A stretch of DNA of 64,000 bases from Lama glama. Taxonomy: Eukaryota. How positions within the stretch are numbered: the stretch's first letter is position 1; each line of letters opens with the position of its first letter. Where the stretch lies: positions 39,000,001 to 39,064,000 of the forward strand of contig CM052818.1 in assembly GCA_028534125.1 (NCBI GenBank), given 5' to 3'. Below are positions 26,176-39,522 of the stretch, piece by piece. The translations under genes and the position numbers were made by a program. Below the pieces are notes generated by a model. It did not search any database. It was given only the letters and a program-made list of their open reading frames with translations, and was not told the origin of the DNA.

Positions 26176-26794
26176 ATATGTTTGTGTGATAAAAAAAATT
26201 TTGATCTCAAACTAGGTTTGCTTTAAATCCCTAAGTGCCATGATGGTACAGCTAGAGATACTTATTATAGTAGGTATTGGTTGTGCATGTAAATTGGCTC
26301 ATCTACATATGTTGTCAAATCCATAATGGAATTTTTCTTTAAATGAGCATATTTTGAAGAAATCAATTTTGAAGAAATAAACAAAAAATAGTCCTTTATA
26401 CTTACGCACATACTTACCATTCCTGATGCTCTTAATTCCTTCCTGATAATCTGAGTTTCCATCTAATATCATTTCCCTTTAGCCTCACTTTTTTTTAAAA
26501 GGGATTTTCTGAGGTGAAAGTCTTTTTTTTTTTTTTTTGTATTTTGTCCAGTTTATGGTTATCTGCCAGAGGGTTTGGTCTGATAGGAGCTACTCCAGTT
26601 ACCAGGAAACTTGTGAGACTGATTAAAACACTTTAAGAATAATGACCATAGTTTTTAGTCCATTTTTTCCTCTACAAAATCTTACACATTGAAGATGCAC
26701 AGTAAAAGCTTACTGAATTATTGGAAGGATGAATGAAATAGTCACTTTGTGAGACTGTTCATGAATTCAGCTTTTCTGCAAGTTAAGAGAAAAG

Positions 26795-27285
26795 AATAGC
26801 TTATTTGCTATCCATGTATCTTCCGTATATCTTCTTTGATGTAGTATCTGTGTAGATCTTTTGCCCATTTTTAAATTGTGGTGTTCTTTTTGTTGTTGTT
26901 GTTAAGATTTTTGAATATATTCTGGATACAAATCCTGTATCTGATGTGATTTGCAAATATTTTTATCCTGTCTGTGGTTTGTCTTTTTTTTTCTCTTATC
27001 AGTATCTTTTGTAGAGCATGTTTTTATTGCTGAAGTCCAATTTTTAGAGATCAGGTTTTGTGTGTGTGTGTGGACTCTGCTTTTGACGTTGATCTAAAAA
27101 CTCATTACCAGACACAAAGTCACACGGCTTTTTTGCTTTTCTAGAAGTTTTATAATGTTAGGTGTTACATTTAGGTGTATAATCCATTTTGAGTTAATTT
27201 TTACATCAAGGTGTATGATGAAGTTCATTTCTTTGCATGTGGACATCCAAGTATTCAAGTACCATTTGATGAAAAGATTGAAGAG
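26795..27285 (-). mobile_element. Old L1 ORF2 fragment
   Basis: gcttatttgctatccatgtatcttc...ttttgcccattttt...tttgcaaatattt...atccattttgagttaatttt. Confidence 0.75.
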
Positions 27286-28385
27286 CTTTTTCTATTAACC
27301 AACCTTTGAATTCTTACATGGCCAGCACTGTTTTTAAGTATTTTATGCTGTCTAATTTGGATTTCATAGCAAGCCATGTGGTTGCTGCTGCTGCTTCCCA
27401 TGAGGAAATTGATTTTAAAAAAAAATTAGGTTAGTTGTCCAGAGTTATAGAACTACTTAGTTGCCACAACCATAATTTGAATCCAGTTCTGTCCCTCTGT
27501 AAGCCACATTGAGTTTGCACTTTAAGTCAAGGATTAAAATATGGGAGTCATATGATTAGAGTACAACTCAGAAAAATGGCTTATTACTTTTTGGAGGTTA
27601 AATAGTAGGATGCGAAGGTAGAGAATTGCATTATTTTAGGTAAGAGGATTGCAGCATTTTAGGTAAGAGATGATTGACCAACTAGACAACTGGAAAATAG
27701 ATTTAAGAGAGGTAGAAGTTTGGCTTTAGTGATTGGACATTCGTGTAAGAAAGGAAAGAATTAAGTTACAAGTGGAGAATAAAGAAGGGTAAGGTTGGAA
27801 TTTCTTGTACCTCCAGGGAAAGGGAAGAAGGAGATAATTGGAAATTTTGGAGAGGAGAGAATTTGGTCTATACAAATGTGGGAGTGAGATCATAAGCGTA
27901 TACTATATAGACCTCAAAGCACTGAGAATAGATGAGATTGCTCAGGATAAAGGATCGAATGTTAAGGAACACTAACATTTAAGAGTTGAGTAGACAAATA
28001 GCAGTCTGTGGAGAAGCCTGAGAAGAAGCAACTAGACACATAGGAAAGTAAAAAGAACTGTAACAGCATAGCAACAGAGAACAGTATTACAGGAAAGGAG
28101 TGCTTTGTAATATCAAATACTATGGAATTGTTGAGAGGAAGAACTGACTAGGGAAAATGATAAATGGGATTATATTATAAGGTCCAGAAGTTTGAAAGCT
28201 GTGAATTTGTAGTGGCCTCAGTTTTGAATGCTTTTCTCCAGCAGTACTTAACAATAGGAGGCAAAGAGCCTCTGACTCAAGAACACATTGTCACATGAAA
28301 TGTAAAAAGCAGTTTAAACTGTTAGAAATGGAGAGGTAGAAAAATACGTTTTAGTTTTAGTTTGAGGGGAAGGGAAAGGAATTAC

Positions 28386-29418
28386 TCTTTATGTTTATTG
28401 AAGTATAGTTGATTTACAGTATTATATTAGTTTCATGTGTACAGCATAGTGATTCAGTAATTTTATGAAGTATACTCCATTAAAAGTTATTACAAGATAA
28501 TGACTATAATTCCCTGTGCTATACAGTATATCCTTGTTGCTTTTCATTTTATACATAGTAATTTGTATTTCTTAATTTTGTAGCCCTAATTTGCCCCCCC
28601 TCAAATTAAGTAACCACTAGTTTGTTTTCTGCATCTGTTGTTTCTTTTGCATATACACTCATTTGTATAATTTTTTAGATTCCACATATAAGTGATACAA
28701 TATAGTATTTGTCTTTGACTTATTTTACTAAGCATAATATTCTCTAGGTCCATCCACATTGCTGTAGATGGCAAAATTTCATTCTTTTTTATGGCTGAGT
28801 AATATTCCATTGTATATATACACCACATTTTCATTATCTGTTTGTCTGTTGTTGGGCATTTGAATTGCTTCTGTATCTTGGCTATTGTAAATGGTGCTTC
28901 TTTGAACATTGGGGTGCATGTATCTCTTAAAGTTAATGTTTTTGTTTTTCCACATAAGATACCCAGGAGTGGAATTGCTAGATCTGGTAGTTCTGTTTTT
29001 CATTTTTTGAGGAACCTCCATACTGTTTTCTGGTGGCTATACCAATTACATTCCCAACAGCATTATGCAGGGGTTCCCTTTTCTCCACATCCTCTCCAGC
29101 ATTTATTTGTAGACTTTTGGATGATAGCCATTCTGATAGATGTGAGGTGATAGCTCATTGTTGTTTTGATTTGCATTTTCTAATAATTAGTAATAAGCAT
29201 CTTTTCATGTGCTTGTTAGCTATCTGTATGTCTTCTTTGGGAAAATGTCTTTTAAGGCCTTCTTGATAGTCCACTTTTTGATTGGGTTTGTTTTGGGGGG
29301 TTATATTGAATTGTATGAGCTGTTTTTGTATTTTGAATATAAACCCCTTGTCAGTCATTTCACTTGCAAATATTTTCTCCCATTCTGTAGGTTGTCTTTT
29401 TGATTTGTTGGTTTTTTC
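28386..29418 (-). mobile_element. L1 3' portion (ORF2 C-terminus plus 3'UTR)
   Basis: ttattgaagtatagttgatttaca terminus; ORFs 28601..28909(-) and 29155..29358(-) are frameshifted L1 ORF2 pieces ([27 protein letters not shown]). Confidence 0.92.
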
Positions 29419-29519
29419 AGTTCATGTTATGTCAGTAGTAGCAGCAATATAATATAAAAATAGTTGATGCTATCTGTGTTTAAATTTTTCTACTAACTTT
29501 TGTTTTTGTTATTCAACAG

Positions 29520-29537
29520 GTTTGATCTGTGGATGAA
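29520..29537 (+). other. PUM2: 5'UTR part of PUM2 exon 2 (18 nt)
   Basis: Branch point TACTAAC (29491-29497), U-rich tract, acceptor CAACAG|G at 29519/29520. In-frame TGA at 29523-29525 precedes ATG 29538. Confidence 0.9.
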
Positions 29538-29588
29538 ATGAATCATGATTTTCAAGCTCTTGCATTAGAATCTCGGGGAATGGGAGAG
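29538..29588 (+). CDS. PUM2: PUM2 exon 2 coding part, MNHDFQALALESRGMGE
   Basis: ATG 29538, 51 nt, donor GAG|GTAAAT (phase 0). Confidence 0.96.
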
Positions 29589-32500
29589 GTAAATATTTAT
29601 GAATACTTAGATTGTATACCGTACTTTGGTGATGAGCCGTTGAGACTTGTTTTTTTAATCGCATACCTTAAAAATAGCAGTTATGTCTTCCAAGTGATGT
29701 GGGCTTTTAAAATCTGTAGTTGTGGGATTTTCAGATTTTTTTTTTAACCTTTAGCAGTAATTTTTAGTGATGTTATTTGTGTCTAGTTGATTTGATTGAC
29801 TTGGTTAGATAATGTCTTATATTTCGGTAATGAGCCATAATCACTTTGATCGGAAAAGAGCCTTCCTTGATCTTTGTCTTGCTGTTTTATATATGTATGC
29901 TATATTTGCTTTAGCCACACTTAATTGTTCACTATTCTCTCTTCCAAAAATCTCTCCTTGTTCATTGTTTGCTTAATAAAATTGTAATCCTCTGCAGGAC
30001 TCTACTGAAAAAGACTGTCTATTGTCCTATTGCTGTCTGCAGTAGAATTAATTACTTCCTCATCTCATGAGTCTTTATACATATTTTTATTATATTACTG
30101 GTTACAGTTTGTTTTATATTAGTCTCCTCTGTAGATTATTAGCTTTGGATGACTAGCACATAGTGGACATTCAGAATTTTTGAATGGGTTGTATCAATCC
30201 TTAGTTAATCTGTGATTTTCATTGGGGCACCCTATTTAACCTCGCCACTACATAATTTAAGGCATCAAAAATACTTACTTTTCCATATACCTAATAAGTA
30301 TTTAGAAAATTTTATTGATTATGAAAACCCTTATTGTCACATTTTTGTCATGTTCTGTAGTACTAACATAGTATGGGCTTTGATAATAAAAAATAATCAT
30401 GAACAGACCTAAGATGTATAATTAACTGCTTGCTCCTGGAGATTATTTTACTTTGGTAGACCTTCATGAGACTCACTCCATCCAATGCTGTGCTCTTCAG
30501 ATGCAGAAAAAGAGTCCAGTCACTCCTCTCTGGGCCACAAGAGGGCACCCTGCAGCTAGCTAACCCTCCCCTTCTTCAGAACAGCGTTTTCCAAAGAGTT
30601 TGTCATTTTCAGAGGACTGATTTAAGGGTGAGTTAAGGTGCTTAAGCATAAGTATTGCCAAAGTAAACTTGTTAGTCCAGTCAGTGCTAATGGTAAAACT
30701 CTGGGCCCTAAGAAAATTTGAGAAAGGGAATAATTTTTTAGTTAAATTTAAAAAAAACAAAACTGCATCTTTACTACAGTACAGTGGCTGCTTAGGCATT
30801 GTTTACACTATGGGTGAATTTAAAAAAGCAGTTGAAAAGGGCTTTTGTTTTTTCCTCTTACTTGTTTTCTTTGGTCTTTAGAAAGCAAAATAACATCTTG
30901 AAAGCAGGTTTGAACAGTGTTTTCAGCCTACTCTGTGACAAGCTTGATGGGTTTTTTTTTTTAGGACCAAGTAAACTCATACTTTTACCTTAATTCTGTT
31001 AGAGCCCCCAATACTTTACTTCCCACATCTGCATTGTGTATATATTTACAAGTTGACTCTTTTTTTCCCCTCCCTTTCTAAATAGTATTTGGTAGATTCA
31101 AAGACATCTTTGCAGTTTAAAGAAAATGTCATGATCAGAAGTATTAGTTGAGAGAGTTTAATTAGTTGAGGGTGGGGGGAGGGGTATTTGAGGTTTTTGG
31201 AAAAGAGGGACTGGGTTGAATACTGTGTTAAATGATCTAAGCTTAAATCTAGGCTTTTCTTAACAAATATCAGCTATGCAGAGTAAAAGTGGCTAGGGTT
31301 TACACTGCCTGCTTTTTTGGCAGATAACAGCAGGTCAGTGTTTCTGTGACCTTCATCTAGGAAAAATAAATTTTCAAATAAGCTGTTATTCACTAATTAA
31401 GTTTTTTTCTTAACAGTTTACCAACTAAATTCTGTTACCTCTAAGAGATAGCTCAAACCTACTCAGATTTCTGTCTCTGGGTTCTCTCTCCCACAAGCCT
31501 TTCTATCTTTCCTCATCTCATAGGCAGCAGGGAACCTTCTGGGATTTCCTTCTTTGCCTGTCTCTCTTTCACCAGTCTTCTCCTCCTTTCCTGACAGGTG
31601 AGGATTTTTGTTTTATCCCAGAATTCGTTCATTTTAATGAATTAAAAGCAGCCTTGAGTTTCTGGCTCTTGAGTTTTCTAAAATTGCTTTTTTTTTTTAA
31701 TGTAACATCCTTTTCTAATATACTGCCCTGTCTTTTTCTTTAAAAATAAAGCTTTGCTTATTATGTCTTAAGTTGTTGTAAATCTGTTGGCATACAAAGC
31801 ACTGCATTATATACATACACACATACAGACTATTAAGTAAATAGAAAGAGATTCCTGCCTGAAATTCTTTAGGGAACTCAGAATTTAACTTTAAATCACT
31901 GAGTTAATGTGTTTAGGGGGAGTATTTTCATAATGTAGTACGATAAAGCTCCCTCCTTTGTTTTCTAACATAGCAATAGTTGAAGAAAACATTGAAGAAA
32001 ATTTATTCACTAAATTCTCAGATAGTATGGCGAAATGGAAAACATTCTGGATGGGGCGTAAGGAGACTTCTGTTTTCTCGGATCTGTCACTAGAACTGTG
32101 ACCTTGAGAAAGACTCACTTCTTTGAAGACAGTAATAAGAACAGCCTTTTGTGTGAATCACATCTCTCAAGTGCTCTAGCTCTGATCTGAGCTGTTAAGG
32201 CTAACTGGAAATAGCTGATTATAGTTTTGTCTATAAATCCCTATCTTAACAATTATATCTTAAACTTTATTCACTATAATGAATAGCTGCATTATATGAA
32301 TAGCTACATTATATGGTCTAAATATCATGATAATATCTTAACCTGTTTTCTTTTTTCATTATAGCTGTTGGTTGCCTAGTGGATATTTTTAGAAATATTG
32401 ATGAATGAGACTATGAAAAGAACCATCTTCTATGGCAGCTAAGTGTAAAGACAGTGGTCCTTAGAATTAGAGTTCAACTCGAAATGCTGCCATATTTACT

Positions 32501-32789
32501 GGCCGTATATGTAAACTTATTTGTAATCTTGGACAATTTATTTAACCTCTGATGGTTTTCTTATGCAAAATGTGACTATGTTAGGCAACTGTTCTTTATA
32601 AGTAAATAATGCAGTTTCATGGTCCTCCTAGGCCATCAAACTTAAAAAGAAAGCAAACAGCTACAGATGAAATTCTTATAATGAATATCATAATCCTTTA
32701 ACATAATTAGATGTTGCTGGCCAGCATGTTACTCATGTTTTATAATACTAAAGGATTCATACTTTTCGGTAGTGAAGACACCTAATATT

Positions 32790-33000
32790 TATGTCTTTTA
32801 TGTGCTAGACGCTATTTGAAGCAGTTTACTTAACGTTATTTCACTCTAGGCTCAGAGAAACTCTGTATAACAGTGGCTTTATTATTATCTTTACTTTACA
32901 AGTGAAGAAACTAAGGCTCAGAACAGTTAATTAAATGGCCCAATACCGTGTAACAGTGCTTGAACAGCAGTTTGAACTCATGAGTGCCTTGACTGTTTAC
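32790..33000 (-). mobile_element. MIR SINE
   Basis: attattatctttactttacaagtgaagaaactaaggctcagaacagttaattaaatggcccaa core. Confidence 0.65.
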
Positions 33001-36000
33001 AGTACTGCTTCCCAGTGGAAGGGATGACATCTAATAATGTTTGCTCGTGATATTAAGGAATATTGGGAATGGAGAAGATTTGGGGAAGTAGTATGGTTTG
33101 AAAAAATTAAGAAGTATTAATATCCTTTATTAACAGAAAAGATTAAAGTCTGGAAAAGTACCATTCTGAGGTTCTAGGGAATTACCTTGTGGCTTATTTT
33201 GAGGCAGTATGCTAGAGTGTTGACTAATTTCTTTGACAGTGGAGAGTGCAAGCCATAAATACTTCTTGAAGGAAGAACTAATAAAATGGTGGATAGTAGG
33301 GGGATGAATTTGTATGCTCAGTCGTTTCTGAGTTGGAAGGACAGAGGAGTAGGTTGACAAATACTGGTTTACTTGACTTTGGTCTAGAGCTTTTGTGAAT
33401 TAGGGAACTAATATGAAGCAGTATTGGATAATATATTTTACAGATCTTCAAGATCTCAGCCCTTGTCTTCTGTAATGCGCTTCCCCGTTTCTACTACAGT
33501 AAAAGAGTCTCCAGGGGCAAATCTGTATTTTTAATTGCAGTTACAACTAGTGTACCACTTAACCTTTTTTTTTTTTCCAAACTGTTCTATCCTAAATTGT
33601 TGCCTTCCCTTATATTTAGTCCATTGTAACTAATTCTTGATCATAAGCTAGTAGTTTTCCTAAAAGTATTTGAAATTGGTGTCTAAATTGTCACAGTTGT
33701 TTCTAGAATGGTGATAAAGGCTTTTGTTAGGAAAAGTCTTAATTTTAATTAACTACTAAATTGTTTGCTTATCCATCATAACTTATAAATGTCTGCAGAA
33801 TGAAGAGAGATTCATAGCACAGCTTTTGGCAGAAAAGTAGGCACACTGGATAAGTGCTTGACAAAGGCTTTTCCCTCCATAATTATGCAGTTTGCATTTC
33901 AAAGCAGTGATACATGAACTACTGCCACAGCACTACATGGAATCTTATTCCAAAGGACTGAAATATCTCAAAAAGATTCAGTTATTTCTGCTGTCTCAGA
34001 AGATCAGTTTGTTTCAGCCACTTCTGTGTCTATAACAAATGCTTCTATTAAGTTGTTATAACTTTATGTTTGATTCTTTATTTAGTGCTCTTATTTTGAT
34101 TCTAAAATTTATAAAGTATGGGATAAAAGCATTTTCTCAGGGACCATTTTCTTCTTCCTGAAATGGCTTATTTATTCAGTATTTTAAAGGGATTAACTTG
34201 GGTTTTACTATGAATAAATGCTTAGTTATTTAAATATATCAAGTGCACTGGTTTAATATTATCAGCATTACATTTTGTTTAAATATTTACATGAAACTTT
34301 TATAGTGGGATTTTTAAAAATCAGAGCAACAGAGGTTGTATTGTACTGGGATCTTTGTTAGAGCAGATTATTGTTTAACATGTCTACATTTTAAATACAA
34401 ATCTTTTGCATCCCAGGAAGATCCTAACATGCAAAAACTTCTTTTTTAAAATAGCAAAGAAGAAGAAGTTAGTTTCCTTTACAATTAAGTTTCCTTTAAA
34501 ATTAACAGTATTTAATGTAGCAAAAGATCCATGGATCAGGGATATGCTCAAAATGAATTTTCCCACTCCCTTCAAAGCCATTTCTCCTTTTTTTTTCCTG
34601 TTTTGATCAGTAGTACTGTCATTTACCTTGTTACCCAAATTTTAAATTTTTATCCTTTTTTATTAACCTCCCCCTTATTTTTATTCATATTCTATTGACT
34701 GTCCTAAATGTCTGTCAAATCCATTTTATTTTCTCAGTTCTTTTTACCAGTACCCTGTTTCAATTCTTGTCATCTTGGCCCTGTTGCTGTCATTCTCTTT
34801 AATGATCCCCATGCCTCTAGTCAAGAATAGCCATTATTCTTAAGTTTACAACATGAATTATTTTCTAAAATGTGGTATCACTCTTGCCATTCCCTTTTGA
34901 TTCCCTTTTGCTTCGATGTAATATACTGTTTCTTTCGCATGTCTTTAAGATTCCTCAGAATCTGCCTAGATAGCTTTAACAACATCAGTTTTGACCTTCC
35001 CACCTGTGTTTCTCCATTTCACATCCTATTCTACAAACTGCATTTTCTCAAGTTGTGCCTTTGTTTGTGATTTCTTGTGTCCTCCCCATTTCCATTGATA
35101 CTTTAAACCCCCAATACACACACACAGTCTTATCTCTCAAACTCAATTCAAGTTTCAGTAAGTTCATTTTATTATAGTTCGTTTATAGTTGCGAGCTTTC
35201 TGAAGATAAGGTCACCATACCTGTAAGGAGGCAAACACAGGTAATTTAGTTTGATAAATGTAGTAATAGAAATCTATATTGGTTTAATAATGAGCACCTA
35301 ATTATGGCCTGAGAGAGATGAGTCTCTTACAAATGCTTATTTAAAATGCCAAATGCATATTTTAGAAAACCAGTCTTTTTTTTTTTTCCCCACAAACATA
35401 TCCTTACTCCAACTCCTCTGAGTGTCAGGGAGGAGAGGAGAGACCTAGATGAATATTAAAATCTTATTAGGAATTGGCCAAAGGTACATTCTGAATAATC
35501 GAATGGTTGTATTAACAGTTTTTATATACTTGCTTATGTCCCAGAATAGGATAGAGCACAGGGCTTTGAGATTATTATCTCAAAAAGTATTTAGGAGTCT
35601 TTCCTATGTGTCTCTTCCAACGTCCATAGCTTCCTGATTTGGAATCGATAGATTGCTAGTATTGAGGACCTAGGGAGAATTGTGAAGTTCACTTCCATTG
35701 AATATGTGAAGTAAGAATGAAAATTTTCTGTCATTGAAGCTACAGGTTAGGAGGTGATCCAAGCTTGGAAGTAGAGGAAAAAATTTTTATCATTGATGTA
35801 GATACTTTTATTGTATTATCTGTTGAGTACGAAATTTCGTAAGTCTTTTTAAAAAATTTGTAAAGAAGATCACGAGAATAAAATTATTTGAAAAATGTAG
35901 ACTATAACTCAATAAAAAATGTTAAAAAAAAAACAAGGAAAAATATAGAAAAGTCTGAAGTAGACTTTTCAGGTCTAGAATCATTAGAGCCACTACTCAA

Positions 36001-36169
36001 ACATAAGTGGTTTTATTAACTTGACAAATTAGTAAATAGGTCACTCTGAATTTTCACTAGCATTGAAAACTAACTTGTACATATCAGTGGTAAGTTTACT
36101 TTCCCCTATGTTTTAGCTCTTTGTAATTATAATAAAATTTAAATATAATGTTTTTTCCTTTCCAAATAG

Positions 36170-36278
36170 CTTTTGCCTACCAAAAAATTTTGGGAACCTG
36201 ATGATTCAACAAAAGATGGACAAAAAGGCATATTTCTTGGGGATGATGAATGGAGAGAGACTGCATGGGGAACTTCTC
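36170..36278 (+). CDS. PUM2: PUM2 exon 3, [36 protein letters not shown]
   Basis: Acceptor tttccaaatag|C, donor CTC|GTAAGT, 109 nt, frame continuous. Confidence 0.96.
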
Positions 36279-38079
36279 GTAAGTTATTGGTGTATGTGTG
36301 AGAGTTACGAATTTACTCGATTTTTTTTTTTTTACCCTACTGCCCCCAGAGAATATTTGGAGAAACTTGTGTATCTTTGTTAAGGATTTCATAAATCATT
36401 GTAACACACATTTTCATATATAAAATTAACCCATTATCTAATGGTCCACTTACTGATGGAAATGTTTGTCACAGTAAGATTTTACTGAGAAGTTTTATTT
36501 GAATTTTCATTAAAATAGAGGACATTAATTTAACCATGGGAATTTTCAAGCTTAAAATGTATTAATTGACAGTGGGTGATTTATCTAATTGCAGCTCCAT
36601 CAAGTTCTGTTAGATATTAGCCACGCCCACAAAGGAAGTAAACCCTTTAGTAAGGTAGAATTACCAGAAAGGAAGCAGGTTTTGAATGTTTTTGCTATCC
36701 ATAAGTGGTGAAGAGAAACTTAAGTTCAAGAAACTGTTAAGGGAAAAGGAACCGGTACGTAAAGAGTATAACTCACAGAGGTGACCGTATTTATTGGTAA
36801 ATTACAGAGCATAATTATATTCTTAAAAAATAGTACTTGATTATATTGTTAAATATAAAATTTAAAGATGTAAAATTTGAGAGATGTACACATGGAACTT
36901 TTCATTATGTATTTTGCAAATAAGTTTTCTCTTTTTATAACTAATTTAGTACAGCTTACTAAAGCTACAAAATGATCAAAGTAACGTAAAAACAAATTTC
37001 TGGATGATAATTATGAAATTAACCTTATATTTTGTGTGTAAATTACCGAATACTTTTTAATTCTCCAAATTATTAAAATATGTTAAAAAGTTTCTAAGTC
37101 TTCTGTAGTTTTAAACTTTTGTTCATAAAGATAAAATAATTGTTTAAAAGTTAGGAAATGCTAGAAAATTTTAGTGATGAATAATCTTTTGGAGTCAAAA
37201 TTGAAAAAGAATGAAAACTTTGCTAACTACTAAGTTAGACTAAAATAGTGGCAATTTTCTTTGAGTTCAACCATATGTAATATAATATTCCAGGTTTGGA
37301 GAATACCAAAATAAATGAGATATCCTTACACTCAATTTTTTTTCTCGATTAGATGTAACCTATATTAGAGTGGACTTATAATTTAAATTATTCAGTTATT
37401 TGGAGTAGGTTCCATTTTTCCCACAACACTTTCTTTGCCAAAATAACATGTGCTTGAAAACGTAGTTGATACACGTGTTTTGATTTCTGTTTTGAAGGTT
37501 AAGTGGTTAATTTCTTTATTTACCAGAACCAGATATTTTTTAAAGCAGTCCAAAGCACAGCATCTTGAGCACAACATGGTAATGAGAGATACTTTCAGTA
37601 TGGGCAGTAGAGAAATTTCTTTTTGTATGTTATATTTGGAGGACAACTACTACCAGCAATAAAACATTTAAGCAACTGTTTATATATTCCTGATAATGTC
37701 TTTTTAGTGTCAAGTTTATAATTTTAGTTAATTCCTTGTATCCCTCCGTTTCCCAACTTAACTTTTTTAGTTGTATGGATAAAACTTTGAAGATGAATAC
37801 TAGTCTTTACCAGGAGAAATGAGAAAATTAGAAATGAATGGATTATTTTGTTTACTGAACAAACATTGAATGGCAAGCATGTACAAATTTGAATAACACA
37901 TTCCTTGTCCTAAAGGAATTTTCATTCTAAAGTTCTTTCCATGATTGCAGGAGATTTTATCCATAGACATATTTCCTTCTCAGCTGAACTGAATTACTTG
38001 TGATTATTAATTTCATTGGGTTCTCCTGACACTTTAGACCTTTGAATATGCTGGTTTCTCTAATGGAAATGCTCTTTCC

Positions 38080-38380
38080 ACTCCCTCTTTCACCTGTTTT
38101 TTGCTCTTTACCCTTCATATCATTTCCTTTGAGATTCACTTTAAGACTGGGAAGAAGTGGTGCCCTTTCTTTCTGTTCCCCCATAGTATCCTGGGTTATT
38201 TTTATTGAAGCACTTTTACTGTTATGATTGCCTCCCGTTAAACCTGTAATCTCTTGGAGGTCAGGGACTGTCGTGTTTATTCTTGGGTACGTAGCACATT
38301 GCATAGCATATAAGAGACAGTAAATCAGCATTTGAACTGTGAATGAATGGGTAAATGAACGAAAGAAATAAATGACTGAT
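38080..38380 (+). mobile_element. L2 3' end
   Basis: ctgtaatctcttggaggtcagggactgtc...gcatataagagacagtaaat...tgaatgaatg tail. Confidence 0.65.
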
Positions 38381-39334
38381 CTCTTACAGATAAAAGTACT
38401 GACATGGAAATGTTTTAATATGATTTGGCAAAAGTAGCAGTCATTTAAAAATTACTGCAGTTAATGAAATGATGACTGAGTACCTCTATGATAGTTCAAC
38501 CCTTTAAGAACAGTGCCTGATATTGAGTTTTATACGTGTTCACAAATGAGCCAGTAGTAGCTAGGAGCTTAATGGTTCACTTTTAAAATTTTTCCTGCAA
38601 ATCTGTGTGTGTTGTCTCAAATGTTTTATTATGTTTCTGTTTTGTTTGCGCTCAGATTTTAAATACTGCTTTTTCTTTTTGTCACAGAAATATGTAGAAA
38701 ATGTATTCGTACCAGATGAGTGATTTTGTTTGTCTGTTTTTAAACAAAAAAATAGATGGAAAACTTTTAGACTAGAAGGGATTTTTTTAAAATAATCATT
38801 TAGTGATACTTAGTTTTTTACACCAAGAATAAAAATTATGTGGTATTACTGATTTTTTCCAAACATATTTGTTTGTGTTTATAGCAGTACAGCAGTGTGT
38901 TTTGAATCTGTTCAGTACATAACTATGAGCTTGAGAAGTGCCTCTGCCAATTTAGGAGGAGTTATTTTTATTCCAGGTTTTATCCCGAAAGTTTTTTGCT
39001 TCGAGTTGTTTTGAATTGCCTGTAGAACTTTTTAATAAGTTGTTTATAGGCAATGGAGACTTACGTCTATCTCCATTGACCTCTTGGATTTGACTGTTGT
39101 TCACATAGGTTTTTACCTGCTTTTTTTACCAGATACGTTTTTTATCTGTATTTTCAAGAAATGTGCCTAGGCCAGTGAGTCTCAATAGAATGGAGATCTT
39201 TTTACAAAGATTACAATAATTTGCAAAATAAAACAATACACTGTTTGTTTTTTTACTTTGATGTATTAATCTGTAAATACATTTTGGTTAGCTTAAAAGT
39301 ACAAATTTGTAATTGTGTTCTTTTTTCCAAATAG

Positions 39335-39522
39335 ACCATTCAATGTCCCAGCCTATCATGGTACAGAGAAGATCTGGACAGGGTTTTCATGGAAACAGTG
39401 AAGTAAATGCAATACTGTCTCCGCGATCAGAAAGTGGAGGCCTTGGTGTGAGCATGGTAGAATATGTATTAAGTTCTTCTCCTGCTGATAAATTGGATTC
39501 TCGATTTAGGAAGGGAACTTTT
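39335..39522 (+). CDS. PUM2: PUM2 exon 4, [17 protein letters not shown]...[22 protein letters not shown]...RKGTF
   Basis: Acceptor ttttttccaaatag|A, donor TTT|GTAAGT, 188 nt; lies within ORF track 39313..39603. Confidence 0.97.

Noticed and set aside
28601..29403. ORFs resembling a reverse-transcriptase protein C-terminus
   Set aside because: Frameshifted fragments of a 5'-truncated L1, not a gene.
32280..32313. 17-bp direct repeat (tgaatagct[g/a]cattata x2)
   Set aside because: Two-copy local duplication with no spacers; not CRISPR-like.
39272..39279. Pumilio response element TGTAAATA upstream of exon 4, and other intronic TGTANATA matches
   Set aside because: A short AT-rich motif expected repeatedly by chance; PUM proteins act mainly on 3'UTRs of mature mRNA; no clustering seen.
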